A stretch of 64,000 nt of DNA, from contig CALUZH010000029.1 in NCBI GenBank assembly GCA_944325255.1, positions 11,448 through 75,447 on the forward strand, given 5' to 3'. The stretch's first letter is position 1; every line of letters starts with the position of its first letter. The stretch comes from an uncultured Erysipelotrichaceae bacterium. Its GTDB lineage: Bacteria > Bacillota_I > Bacilli_A > Erysipelotrichales > Erysipelotrichaceae. The notes under the pieces are model-generated. The model was not told the origin of the DNA and searched no databases. It saw only the letters and a list, made by a program, of their open reading frames with translations. The position numbers and the translations under genes are program-made. Positions 54,645 to 64,000 of the stretch are shown here, one piece after another.

Positions 54645-55841
54645 TTAATTTAAACCTACGATTCTAACGGTATCTCGGGCAATCATAAGCTCTTCATTGG
54701 TTGGAATAACCCATACGGCAACTTGGGAATCATCTTTGGTAATACATGATTCGCCATGGATATCCGCATTAGTTTCATAATCAATGGAGAGTCCCAGCCC
54801 TTCTTGCATAGCTTCCATAATGGAGGCCCGCATTTTATAATCATTTTCACCGACACCGGCAGTAAAAACAACGGCATCAACATGACCGAGTTGCATATAA
54901 TATCCCCCGATCACATTAATGATGCGGTTAACATAAAGATCAAGTGCTAATCTAGCCCTTTCATTGCCTTCAGCCTTAGCTTTTTGAATATCCCGACAAT
55001 CGCTTGAAATCCCGGATACTCCAAGCATTCCGGACTTTTTATTGAGATAGGTATCCATATCATCGCTTGAACAGTTAAGCTTTTTCATCATATAGTAGAC
55101 CACCGTCGGATCAATATCCCCGCATCTTGTGCCCATCATAATACCGCCAAGCGGTGTCAAACCCATGGAAGTATTAATACACTTTCCGTTTTTAATTGCA
55201 CTAATCGATGCACCACTGCCTAAATGACAAGTAATAATACTCATGGAATTAAAATCCTTATGCATTAATTCGGCAACTCTTTGACCGACATATTGATGGG
55301 ATGTACCATGAGCACCATAGCGGCGAATCTTATAATCGGTATACCATTCATAAGGTACCGGAAATAGATAAGATTCCGGACCCATAGTTTGATGAAAGGC
55401 CGTATCAAAGACAAAGACATGGCGAATATGCGGCAAGGCATGTTTAAAAGCGTGGTAACAAATTAAATGACCGGGATTGTGCAAAGGCGCAAGTTCACTA
55501 AGTTCATCGACTTTAGAAACAACATCTTCATCAACCAGGACCGATTCTTTAAAATATGCCCCGCCTTGAACGATGCGATGGCCGGCCGCCTCAATCTCAT
55601 CAAGGCTTTCAACGACACCATGTTTTACCAAGGATTCCAACAATAAACTTACTGCTACATCATGATTGGGAATATCTTGATGGGCGGTAAACTTTTCACC
55701 GTTAATAGTAACGGCAAAATTGGAACCATGGATACCGATGCGTTCGGCTATGCCGCTGGCCAAAACCTTTTCTTCAGGCATTTGGAAAAGCTGAAATTTC
55801 AATGAGGAACTTCCGGAATTTACAGCGATAACTTTCGACAT
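54645..55841 (-). CDS. ackA: Acetate kinase
   Basis: VIAVNSGSSSLKFQLF, GHRIVQGG, AHGTSH, GGIGENS-like VGEND region. 398 aa. Confidence 0.95.
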   Translation of the reverse strand: MSKVIAVNSGSSSLKFQLFQMPEEKVLASGIAERIGIHGSNFAVTINGEKFTAHQDIPNHDVAVSLLLESLVKHGVVESLDEIEAAGHRIVQGGAYFKESVLVDEDVVSKVDELSELAPLHNPGHLICYHAFKHALPHIRHVFVFDTAFHQTMGPESYLFPVPYEWYTDYKIRRYGAHGTSHQYVGQRVAELMHKDFNSMSIITCHLGSGASISAIKNGKCINTSMGLTPLGGIMMGTRCGDIDPTVVYYMMKKLNCSSDDMDTYLNKKSGMLGVSGISSDCRDIQKAKAEGNERARLALDLYVNRIINVIGGYYMQLGHVDAVVFTAGVGENDYKMRASIMEAMQEGLGLSIDYETNADIHGESCITKDDSQVAVWVIPTNEELMIARDTVRIVGLN

Positions 55842-55844
55842 AAT

Positions 55845-56171
55845 TTATTCTCCTAATTCTAATTCTTTCAATTTGCCGGCTAAGGTCTTTATCTCTTGAT
55901 CATCCTTAGACAACAGCTCTTGGATTATTATCTCACGTTTACGGGCTTTTGTGAGCAAATGAAGTTTATTTTCATATGTTTGCAATTGATTGAATGAACG
56001 TTTAATGATGTCGGCAACCGCACTTTTGGAAATTTGATGATTTTCCGCGATTTCCTGCATCGATAAATCATTGTCATAATATTCATTTAAGATAGCTAAC
56101 TGATGCTCGGTAAGCAAGGGACCGTAATAATCTATAAGATAAACAGCATAAAGACGATCATTAATGTTCAT
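55845..56171 (-). CDS. ylxM: YlxM/UPF0122 helix-turn-helix protein (SRP-operon associated)
   Basis: LLTEHQLAILNEYYDNDLSMQEIAENHQISKSAVADIIKR. Directly after ftsY, as in the B. subtilis smc-ftsY-ylxM order. ATG at 56171 preferred to 56207. Confidence 0.8.
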   Translation of the reverse strand: MNINDRLYAVYLIDYYGPLLTEHQLAILNEYYDNDLSMQEIAENHQISKSAVADIIKRSFNQLQTYENKLHLLTKARKREIIIQELLSKDDQEIKTLAGKLKELELGE

Positions 56172-57126
56172 GAATTTCCCCAATGATGGCATAAAGATAT
56201 GCATCAAGATCGAAGGCCTTCAAGTCATCGACCCCTTCCCCAAAAGTAATAAATCTTACCGGGATACCAAGATTATCCTTGATGGCGATGACAATACCCC
56301 CTTTTGAAGTACCATCCATCTTGGTTAAAATAATACCGTCAAGTTTGGTTACCTCATTAAAAAGTAAGGCTTGAGAAAGGCCGTTTTGGCCAGTATTGGC
56401 ATCCAAGACAAGCCAGGTATTATGCGGCGCTCCGACAATTTCTTTAGCTACTACCCTTTTCATCTTCGCCAATTCAGCCATTAAATTAGCCTTATTTTGT
56501 AAGCGACCGGCCGTATCGCATAAAAGAATATCGATATCATGACTTTTGGCGAAACGGCAACCGTCAACCAGTACGGCACTGGGGTCCATATTCTCTTTGC
56601 CGGCTACAATATCGATATTTAAACGCTCGGCCCATTCATTTAATTGTTTAACGGCTCCGGCCCGGAAAGTATCCCCGGCAACCACTGCCACCTTTTTGCC
56701 TTCATCAAGGTACATTTTAGCTAGTTTGGCAATTGTTGAAGTCTTGCCCGAACCGTTGACGCCGACCATCAAAATAACCGTAGGTCCGTTATCATTATAG
56801 CTAATCGGGGTATCGGGAACTTCCTTGTAAGTATTAGCGATAAGTTCCGTTAAAATATCCATTAAGTCAAGTTGCCAAATGCTGGGATAATTTTTGAGAT
56901 GATTATAGAATTTATCACAGATTTTTTGGGCGGTTTTGTAACCTAAGTCACATTCAATCAAGGTGACCATTAAGCGTTCCATAAAATCATCATCTAAGTT
57001 GGCGTTGCTTAAAACATTATCAAGCTTGGCATTTAAAAAATTACCGGTCTTTCTAAAGCCGTTGAGATACTCATTTTGATCTTTAAAAAGTGTGAATTTT
57101 TCCTTTAAGCCTTCAAGAAAGCTCAT
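56161..57126 (-). CDS. ftsY: Signal recognition particle receptor FtsY
   Basis: GVNGSGKTSTIAKLA, DTAGR, TKMDGTSKGG. ATG at 57126 is preceded by AGGAGGAAGG. Confidence 0.93.
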   Translation of the reverse strand: MSFLEGLKEKFTLFKDQNEYLNGFRKTGNFLNAKLDNVLSNANLDDDFMERLMVTLIECDLGYKTAQKICDKFYNHLKNYPSIWQLDLMDILTELIANTYKEVPDTPISYNDNGPTVILMVGVNGSGKTSTIAKLAKMYLDEGKKVAVVAGDTFRAGAVKQLNEWAERLNIDIVAGKENMDPSAVLVDGCRFAKSHDIDILLCDTAGRLQNKANLMAELAKMKRVVAKEIVGAPHNTWLVLDANTGQNGLSQALLFNEVTKLDGIILTKMDGTSKGGIVIAIKDNLGIPVRFITFGEGVDDLKAFDLDAYLYAIIGEIHEH

Positions 57127-60055
57127 TTCCTTCCTCCTTTTCGGCCATTGATATGGCTTCAACCAATTTTACTTTAAGCATTTGCGAAACTCCCCTTTTT
57201 TGCATCGTGACCCCGTATAAAACGTCACATTGAGCCATGGTACCCGGACGATGGGTAATAATGATAAATTGACTTTGCTTAGAAAGCGTCTTGATATATT
57301 TGGCAAATCTTTCCACATTGGCCTGGTCAAGGGCAGCTTCCACTTCATCAAAGACTATGAGCGGAACCGGACGAATCTTTAAAATCGTAAATAATACACA
57401 TATCGCAATCAATGTCTTTTCCCCACCACTGAAAAGACGAATGGATTTGACTGCCTTGCCGGGTGGTTGGACATCGATATCAATGCCGGTATTGAGGATA
57501 TCATTTTCATCCTCCAATACCAATTTGGCCTTGCCACCACCAAATAAGGCTTTAAATGTATCATTCAATTCATTATTTATTTTATTGAAGGTATCCAAAA
57601 ATTGTTTCTTCATTATGACATCCATCTCTTCAATAGCTTTTAGTATCTTATCTCTTGAAGCAATTAAATCATCATAATTCTTTTTGGTAAAGTCATAACG
57701 TTCTTTAACTTCCGCATATTCTTCAGGAGCATTCATATTAACTGATCCCATATTTTGAAGCGAATTACGTAATACTTTAACTTCATTTTTAAGCTCTTCA
57801 TCAATATCCATATGATAATGATCTTTGGCATATTCATAGGTCATTTCATAGGTATCAGCCAAACGCTTGAGATCATATTCCAGTTTGGCATTAAGGGTCG
57901 CATTATCACTGCTGAGGCTTCTTAAGCTTTTATTGGCTTCAGATAATTTACTGCGCAATTGGCGCATTTGCTGGTCATTGCGATCTACTTCATTGCTTAA
58001 ACGCAAGCGCAATTCTTTTTTATTCTTCAATGCATTAGCTAAATCATCACGAAGCGCATAAGCTGAGGAAAGCTTTTTTAAAGCAGCATTTTCCGTGATA
58101 TTATCCCCTTCTTTTTGCGGATTGAGGGCGGCTAAATCATTTTCCAATTTAAGATATTTGGCTTTTTTTGCTTCGACTACCGGCTCAAGTTGGGCAATAG
58201 CGATCCTTTTGGCGGTCAACTCACCCTCAAGACGGGATTTCTTTTCCCCAAGACGGGCATAGTTTTTAGCTTCTATTTCAGCTTGAGCTTTAACACTTAG
58301 AAGCTGTTTTTCAATGTCGGATTTTTCTTGATTGGCAGTAATTAGAGAGCTTTCATTTTTATTTTTACCCCCGGTCATCGATCCGCCACGATGTACGACA
58401 TCGCCATCTAAGGTAACAATCTTATAATTATAATTTAAAAGACGGGCCAATTTATTGGCACTTTCCAAATTTTCGGTAACTAAGACATTAGCCAACAAGG
58501 ACATTGAAACCATCTTAAATGCATCATCTGATGAAACAAAGTCAGCCATCGTTCCAAGATATCCTTCACTGTGCTTACATATAAGTAAATGATCGGCAGC
58601 AACACTTCGGGCTTTTAAGACCGTTAAGGGTAAAAATGTAGCCCTGCCGCTTTGATTCTTTCTTAAAAAGGCAATGGCTTCACGGGCTGCTTTTTCATCT
58701 TCCGTCACAATATTGTACATTGCCCCACCTAAGGCGACCGAAAGCGCCGATGCATAGTTTGGCAAAGGATGAAGTTCTTGGCCGACAACTCCCAGAATAC
58801 CGTTAAGACTTTCCTTATTTTGCATAATGGCCCCAACCCCGGCTTGGGAGCGGGATGAAAAAGGATCTTTTAAAAGATTTGTCAAAAGATCTAAACGATT
58901 TTCTAAGCGTCTAAGATTGGCTGCCGCTTCTTCTTTTTTTAAAGTTGCATCAGATAATGCAAAGGCTGTATCTTCAAGTTCGTTAGAAATGAGAGACAAT
59001 TCGTTATTGAGCTTATCCAAACGATTAAGCCGGTCTTCATATTCAAGTTTTGACGAAGCAATCAGCTCATTTAAGGCATTAATCTTATCATCGTCACTGC
59101 CGCTTTCGATTAGATATTTACGTTTTTCATCAAATTCAACCTTGCGTTTTTCAAGGCTTTGAATTTCATTAACTACTTTAAAATGCCGATCTTGCAGGTC
59201 GGCTATTTCCTTATCCAGTTCATGGAGACGACTTTTGTCATCAGCCATGGCATTTTCTTGGATCTGGACAGTCCCTTCGCTTAAAGTGACATTGTTTTCA
59301 CAAATCGCGATTTTTTCTTCAATCTCGGCCTTGGCTTTTTGGTAATAAGCAATATCATCAACCAAGACAGCAACTTCGATTTCCGTCAAACGCTTTTTAT
59401 TTTCGCGATATTTAATCGCTTTTTTAGCCTGGCGTTCCAAAGGTATAACCTGACGTTCCAATTCTTGCAAGATATCATAAGTACGATCAAGATTGAGCTT
59501 TGTTCGTTCAAGCCGCGAAAGTGATTCACTCTTTCTTTTTTTATACTTGCTGACACCGGCAGCATCTTCAAAGATACCGCGTCGCTCATATGGTCGGGCT
59601 TCGGCAAAAGATTGGATATTGCCTTGTGATATAATCGACAAAGAATCCTTGCCCAAACCTGTATCCAGTATAAGATCAATGACATCCTTTAAACGAACCT
59701 GCTGGCGGTTAATAAGATATTCGGCATCCTGCTCGGTATTATAGATCCTTCGGGTAATTTCAACCTCATCACTTTCAGTATTTAGATAATGTTCATGATT
59801 ATCAAAAGCCAAGGTAACTTCAGCCATATTTTGGGCCTTGCGATCAGCACTGCCGGCAAAGATGATATCGGTCATTTTTTCACCACGCAGGGATTTGATG
59901 CTCTGTTCACCCAATACCCACCTTATCGCATCGACTATATTACTTTTACCGCAGCCGTTAGGTCCGACAACACCGGTAAAAGGACTTTCAAAATCAATAG
60001 CTATGCGATCGGCAAAGGACTTAAAACCTTGAATTTCTATTCTTTTTAAAAACAC
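57113..60055 (-). CDS. smc: Chromosome condensation/segregation ATPase SMC (980 aa)
   Basis: MFLKRIEIQGFKSF, Walker A GPNGCGKSN, hinge, FSGGEKTL signature, LIVFDEVEAALD Walker B. GTG start with AAGGAGGAA SD. Confidence 0.95.
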   Translation of the reverse strand: MFLKRIEIQGFKSFADRIAIDFESPFTGVVGPNGCGKSNIVDAIRWVLGEQSIKSLRGEKMTDIIFAGSADRKAQNMAEVTLAFDNHEHYLNTESDEVEITRRIYNTEQDAEYLINRQQVRLKDVIDLILDTGLGKDSLSIISQGNIQSFAEARPYERRGIFEDAAGVSKYKKRKSESLSRLERTKLNLDRTYDILQELERQVIPLERQAKKAIKYRENKKRLTEIEVAVLVDDIAYYQKAKAEIEEKIAICENNVTLSEGTVQIQENAMADDKSRLHELDKEIADLQDRHFKVVNEIQSLEKRKVEFDEKRKYLIESGSDDDKINALNELIASSKLEYEDRLNRLDKLNNELSLISNELEDTAFALSDATLKKEEAAANLRRLENRLDLLTNLLKDPFSSRSQAGVGAIMQNKESLNGILGVVGQELHPLPNYASALSVALGGAMYNIVTEDEKAAREAIAFLRKNQSGRATFLPLTVLKARSVAADHLLICKHSEGYLGTMADFVSSDDAFKMVSMSLLANVLVTENLESANKLARLLNYNYKIVTLDGDVVHRGGSMTGGKNKNESSLITANQEKSDIEKQLLSVKAQAEIEAKNYARLGEKKSRLEGELTAKRIAIAQLEPVVEAKKAKYLKLENDLAALNPQKEGDNITENAALKKLSSAYALRDDLANALKNKKELRLRLSNEVDRNDQQMRQLRSKLSEANKSLRSLSSDNATLNAKLEYDLKRLADTYEMTYEYAKDHYHMDIDEELKNEVKVLRNSLQNMGSVNMNAPEEYAEVKERYDFTKKNYDDLIASRDKILKAIEEMDVIMKKQFLDTFNKINNELNDTFKALFGGGKAKLVLEDENDILNTGIDIDVQPPGKAVKSIRLFSGGEKTLIAICVLFTILKIRPVPLIVFDEVEAALDQANVERFAKYIKTLSKQSQFIIITHRPGTMAQCDVLYGVTMQKRGVSQMLKVKLVEAISMAEKEEGNELS

Positions 60056-60081
60056 GGATTCCTCCTTGATTACGCTTTCTA

Positions 60082-60090
60082 ATTATAACA
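60082..60090 (-). promoter_or_regulatory. Extended -10 TGTTATAAT upstream of smc
   Basis: The minus strand reads TGTTATAAT, 26 nt upstream of the GTG start, with AAGGAGG SD in between. Confidence 0.45.
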
Positions 60091-60108
60091 AAATTCCTAA
60101 ACTTAAGA

Positions 60109-62184
60109 CTAATCATCAAGAATCTCCAAGTCTTGAAAATGCTTATTTTCGCGATAATAATCTTTACTTTCGCGAATTTCCGTAATATCTTTTCGGGAAA
60201 TATTAAATTTATCCTTTTTAAAGACTAAAGAAAGATGGCGATTTTCCCAATTTTTAAAAGGATCCATATGAAGATACATCAATGTCCTTTTACCCCTTTT
60301 TAAAATATGCGGACAATAATCATCATTATATTTATCGTGATAGTTTTTAAGTAAGGCAGCAAGCTCATTATCATTTAATTCCGTTGAAAGGATGACGGCT
60401 TCAAAACCCAATCGCCGAAAAAAAGCCAAGGCCGAAGAGTTAGTGATATTTAAAGTATAATAAGCTATTTTATGTTCAGCATTTAAAAAGATGCCGCCGG
60501 CCTCGCTTACCGTAAGATAATTATCATCAAGATAATGACTTGCAGGATTAATTACCGGAAGACAATGATATTTTTGCTTATCGGCATATAGATAAGAAGC
60601 TCTTTGAATAAGCTTGGCATTTAAGCCTTTATTTAAAGGACGATAGGAAAAGGCATAGATATTATTAAAACGTTTAAAGCTTGACGCCCGTAAGGCATCC
60701 ATCTTTGCGATTAATTCTCTTCTTAAATTATTAAGAATTTTATTGGGTATAAAAACATCATCAAGATCATAAGTAATATCTTCAATATAGTATGGAGTAT
60801 CATTTAGTTTATTCAATTGACGATAGATATCTTCTTTTTGGGCATTTAGCTTTGTCGCTTTTTCTAGAATTTCCAAGCTTTCGACTTGGATATTTAAATC
60901 CTTGTAATGGCCTTTGATTTTAAGATGATCACCGATTTTGGCTATAACTTCAAGCTTAAGTCCCAAATTATGACGATTATCCAGATGATCGAAAGATGCT
61001 TCAAAATGATAATCACTGGTCTTGATTACCGAATCATGGACCTTAACTTTAAATGGAATATCAACTCTTACAATATCCCCGGCCTTGGCTTGATTGATAA
61101 GTTTATCATCAAGATATAAATAATTAATCATTAAGCCGTCATCATGGCCGTTTAAAAAGCGAATACCGTCAAATTGCGCCAATGAGTCAGCAAGCTTGAT
61201 ATAAGCTGAATGCCCTTTAAATGCGACAACTTCACCTAATTCTGTGCCTTGATGATTAGGATGTTTGCTGGCAAAAAAAGGTGTATCCGGATTATTAGTT
61301 AAATAAGCATCAGTGAAATTGCGTTGAAAAAGACTATGTAACTGATGATCCATCGCTTCGGTATATTGAAATGCTTTGCCTTCATAATAAGCATCAATAG
61401 CGGCCCGATATAATGATGTCACATAACAAACATAGGCCTTTTTCTTCATTCGTCCTTCGATTTTTAAAGAACGGACTCCGGCATTAATAAGTTCCGGTAT
61501 ATGATGTAAAAGATTCATATCGCGCGGCGAAAGAAAGTAAGGCTGGTCACTATCAAGAAAAGACTTACTATCTTCATCATAAAGTTTATAAGGCAAGCGG
61601 CAACATTGGGCACACATCCCCTTATTGCCACTGCGCTTAAACATGGCACTAGACATAAGACATTGTCCCGAATAGCTTACACATATCGCCCCGTGGACAA
61701 AAACTTCAATATCAATGTCCTGTTTACAAGCTTCAGAGATTAGTTCAAGACTGGTCTCTCTGGCCAAAACAACTCTTTTAAAACCTAACTTTTGTAAGCT
61801 TTTAACCCCTTCAAGATTATGAATATGCATTTGTGTAGAAGCATGCAGTTCAAAGTCAGGATAGGCCTTAGATACTTCATGATATAAGCCGTAATCTTGT
61901 ATCAAGAGGGCATCGACTTTTGCATGATAGAGAAAGTCAACTTCTTTTAAGGCTGCCTCAAGCTCATATTCGTTTAATAAAGTATTCATGGTGACATAAA
62001 CCCGCGCCCCATAGTGATGAGCAAAATTCACGCCTTCAATGATTTCATCATGATTAAAATTTTGGGCATAGGCCCGAGCACCAAAATTTTTACCACCGAT
62101 ATATACGGCATCAGCTCCACATAATATGGCCGCTTTTAAAATATCTAAAGAACCGGCCGGAGCCAATAATTCAACATTTGCCAT
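60109..62184 (-). CDS. U32-family protein, long form (RlhA/TrhP-type RNA-hydroxylation factor family, formerly called collagenase-like peptidase)
   Basis: N-terminal ELLAPAGS...GADAVYIGG, Cys cluster GMCAQCCRLPY, about 350-aa C-terminal extension. Confidence 0.75.
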   Translation of the reverse strand: MANVELLAPAGSLDILKAAILCGADAVYIGGKNFGARAYAQNFNHDEIIEGVNFAHHYGARVYVTMNTLLNEYELEAALKEVDFLYHAKVDALLIQDYGLYHEVSKAYPDFELHASTQMHIHNLEGVKSLQKLGFKRVVLARETSLELISEACKQDIDIEVFVHGAICVSYSGQCLMSSAMFKRSGNKGMCAQCCRLPYKLYDEDSKSFLDSDQPYFLSPRDMNLLHHIPELINAGVRSLKIEGRMKKKAYVCYVTSLYRAAIDAYYEGKAFQYTEAMDHQLHSLFQRNFTDAYLTNNPDTPFFASKHPNHQGTELGEVVAFKGHSAYIKLADSLAQFDGIRFLNGHDDGLMINYLYLDDKLINQAKAGDIVRVDIPFKVKVHDSVIKTSDYHFEASFDHLDNRHNLGLKLEVIAKIGDHLKIKGHYKDLNIQVESLEILEKATKLNAQKEDIYRQLNKLNDTPYYIEDITYDLDDVFIPNKILNNLRRELIAKMDALRASSFKRFNNIYAFSYRPLNKGLNAKLIQRASYLYADKQKYHCLPVINPASHYLDDNYLTVSEAGGIFLNAEHKIAYYTLNITNSSALAFFRRLGFEAVILSTELNDNELAALLKNYHDKYNDDYCPHILKRGKRTLMYLHMDPFKNWENRHLSLVFKKDKFNISRKDITEIRESKDYYRENKHFQDLEILDD

Positions 62185-63346
62185 GACGATACCTCAAAGC
62201 CAAACCACCCAGACTGGTTTCCTTTAATTCATTAGGAATTTTATCAGCCGTATCTTTCATTGATGCCACAACGGTATCAAAGTCGATAAGATTCTTTTTG
62301 ACCTTTAATAAATTATGCGCAATTTTTGCGGCATCAAAGGCTCTTAAAACGGCTACCCCATTGCGTTCAATGCATGGAACAATGACATAGCCTAATACCG
62401 GATCACAGGTTAAACCTAAATGATGTTCAATACCCACTTCCGCGGCATATTCAATTTCATCTAGCGCTGCCTTATTCAAGTAAGAAATCATCGCCGCCGC
62501 CATGGAACATGCAGTGCCGACTTCCGCTTGACAACCTCCCAAAGCCCCGGATATTGAGGCATTTTCTTTAATGAGATTACCGAATAAACCGCCTACTGCC
62601 AAGGCTTCCAACAAGGATTTTCTGGCAGTACCTTTTTGATATAAATAATACATCAAGGATGCAACAATGCCGCAAGAGCCTAAAGTCGGAGCCGTACATA
62701 CCATATGCCCGGCGGCATTTTCTTCCCCGGCGGCATAAGCATAGGCAATTAAACGACTATCATCATCTTTGGCTTCTTTCAATAAGCCTTTGGCCACCCG
62801 ATAATAATTAAGTTCTTTATTTAAAAGGCCTTCACTATTTAAACCACGATCAATCTCCTCAATCATCATCTTTAATGCCATATCAAGATGTTCAAAAAGA
62901 TCGGGTTCAAATGAAAGAATATAAGTCAAAAGATCAAGATTATGATCTTGGAGATATTTTTTAATATCATTAAAGTTATGGTGGGGATAGATTTCTTTTT
63001 CATCGCCACTATCATATTTATCAATTCGGATGCTGCCGCCGCCAAGCGATAATACTTCCCACTCATCAACTAAATGATGATTTTTAAAGCCCTTAATAAT
63101 CATCTTGTTTTCAAGATTATCATAATTAAAATTAATGGTTATTTTTTTATCAAGTACAGATTTTTTAATAATATCATCGGTGTGGTGGCCCTTGCCTGTC
63201 AAAGCCAAAGATCCGTATAAGTCAACAATATATTCATCCAATAAGCCATATTGGGAAACAAAAAAATCCATCGCTCTTTTAGGAGCGATTGTATGGGAAG
63301 AACTTGGACCGTAACCGATGCGGTAAATATCTTTAATTGCTTGCAT
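62171..63346 (-). CDS. sdaA: Iron-sulfur L-serine ammonia-lyase, single-chain short form
   Basis: N-terminal GYGPSSSHT. Alpha-domain motifs APTLGSCG, GGCQAEVG, CDPVLGYVIVPCIERN. Confidence 0.8.
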   Translation of the reverse strand: MQAIKDIYRIGYGPSSSHTIAPKRAMDFFVSQYGLLDEYIVDLYGSLALTGKGHHTDDIIKKSVLDKKITINFNYDNLENKMIIKGFKNHHLVDEWEVLSLGGGSIRIDKYDSGDEKEIYPHHNFNDIKKYLQDHNLDLLTYILSFEPDLFEHLDMALKMMIEEIDRGLNSEGLLNKELNYYRVAKGLLKEAKDDDSRLIAYAYAAGEENAAGHMVCTAPTLGSCGIVASLMYYLYQKGTARKSLLEALAVGGLFGNLIKENASISGALGGCQAEVGTACSMAAAMISYLNKAALDEIEYAAEVGIEHHLGLTCDPVLGYVIVPCIERNGVAVLRAFDAAKIAHNLLKVKKNLIDFDTVVASMKDTADKIPNELKETSLGGLALRYRHGKC

Positions 63347-64000
63347 AAATCCCCTTTATATATTTAATTATGAAAATTTCGAGTTTATTTAAAGGATCAA
63401 GATCATCATCATTTTTTAGATCATAATCCAAGTTGCTTAAGGCTGCAAGGCCGCCTAAAAGATCTTGGGAATTTTGTTTTTCCACGGTCTTAAGAGCCAT
63501 TTGCAGACGATAATCGGATTTGGTATTACTTTGATTTTTGATCTGGGCAAAGGTCATGCCCTCTTCATTTAAATAGGCAACTTGGAAAAGATAACGAAAT
63601 TGAAAGGCCAAAGAGGCAATAATAAGCTGCGGTGGCGTGCCGCTATCATAAAGATCTTTTAAAATAGCTAAGGATAAAGATAAATCTTTGGAATTGATGG
63701 CATTGACCAATTTAAAGCTGTTATCTTCAATATTGCGATTAACGAGATAAGTAATACTATGAATATTTAAAGGCTCGCCATAGAGCTTTAAAAGCGGAAT
63801 AAATTGATATAAAGAACTGAGTTTACCGTTACAGGCATTAATAAGATAGTCAAGAGCTTCATTATCAATCGATATTTTGGCATTCTTGATCATATTTTTG
63901 GCATTTTGATAAAAAGAGCGGTTATCCAAAAGCTTAAATGTTTCGCATTTAGCATTTTTTAAAAAAGCCTTATATAAACTTAAAGCGGTATTAAAATTAC
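63333..64000 (-). CDS. holA: DNA polymerase III delta subunit (HolA), 5' end outside the window
   Basis: Frame stays open upstream of the track start (a TTG at 63929) to the window edge. C-terminal clamp-loader delta-like helical region (ISIDNEALDYLINACNGKLSSL...). Confidence 0.55.
   Translation of the reverse strand, partial: NFNTALSLYKAFLKNAKCETFKLLDNRSFYQNAKNMIKNAKISIDNEALDYLINACNGKLSSLYQFIPLLKLYGEPLNIHSITYLVNRNIEDNSFKLVNAINSKDLSLSLAILKDLYDSGTPPQLIIASLAFQFRYLFQVAYLNEEGMTFAQIKNQSNTKSDYRLQMALKTVEKQNSQDLLGGLAALSNLDYDLKNDDDLDPLNKLEIFIIKYIKGIYASN

Noticed and set aside
57291-60049. Plus-strand ORFs (128, 64, 111, 61, 83, 86 and 64 aa) antisense to smc
   Set aside because: These are Ser/Leu-rich shadow frames of the smc coiled-coil codons. 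They have no promoters or SDs and no motifs.
1-64000. Alternative genetic code (TGA = Trp, Mollicutes-type), given the AT-richness and short proteins
   Set aside because: TGA terminates several well-defined genes (sufS, xseB, recN, the TSCPD gene) at the expected protein lengths, and Trp is encoded by TGG in conserved positions.
1-64000. CRISPR arrays, IS elements, rRNA operons, toxin-antitoxin pairs or recognisable defence systems
   Set aside because: I found no spaced direct-repeat arrays, transposase-like ORFs, rRNA-like sequence or small paired ORFs of that type on either strand.

Overview
AT-rich chromosomal window that uses the standard genetic code (TGA is a stop, e.g. the sufS/sufU ATGA junction). 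It looks like a low-GC Gram-positive (Bacillota-type) genome. The taxonomic placement is inference only; all homology calls are motif recognition from memory, with no searches run.

I can support about 65 protein genes and 2 tRNAs. There is no rRNA, CRISPR array, transposase or prophage.

Content is almost entirely housekeeping, arranged in familiar Firmicute synteny blocks:
- sufCDSUB
- priA-rsmB-rlmN-prpC-prkC-rsgA-rpe, facing rpmB
- ftsAZ
- rsmE-mtaB ... rpsU-phoH
- rdgB ... murI plus a YsnB-like phosphoesterase
- tRNA-Arg
- infC-rpmI-rplT-tRNA-Glu, facing gltX
- ktrBA
- a heterodimeric ABC exporter
- lspA-rluD
- nusB-xseAB-ispA-dxs-recN
- xerD-deoB
- then, all on the minus strand: hup, nrnA, ackA, ylxM, ftsY, smc, U32, sdaA, holA

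Things worth a second look:
1. Coding polarity flips from + to - at about 53.3 kb. Exactly there, between two convergent terminators, sits a 28-bp 11-6-11 dif-like site. It lies 1.2 kb from xerD, so this is a probable replication terminus.
2. An intact MurE homologue has nearly every Mur-ligase catalytic motif substituted.
3. An FtsA homologue has degenerate actin-fold phosphate-binding motifs, next to a fully canonical FtsZ.
4. An AT-rich islet between tRNA-Arg and infC carries two tandem paralogous membrane-anchored Cys/Tyr/acidic proteins with no family I recognise.
5. A TGnTAnAAT promoter element recurs 6-7 nt from start codons that lack a Shine-Dalgarno sequence, so these are candidate leaderless mRNAs.
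6. Smaller oddities: a licA-like plus dagK-like kinase pair, a TSCPD mini-protein coupled to the ABC exporter, ylxM separated from ffh, convergent genes with overlapping stops, and an ATC start on infC.

I did not find a clear multi-gene novel defence or mobile system.
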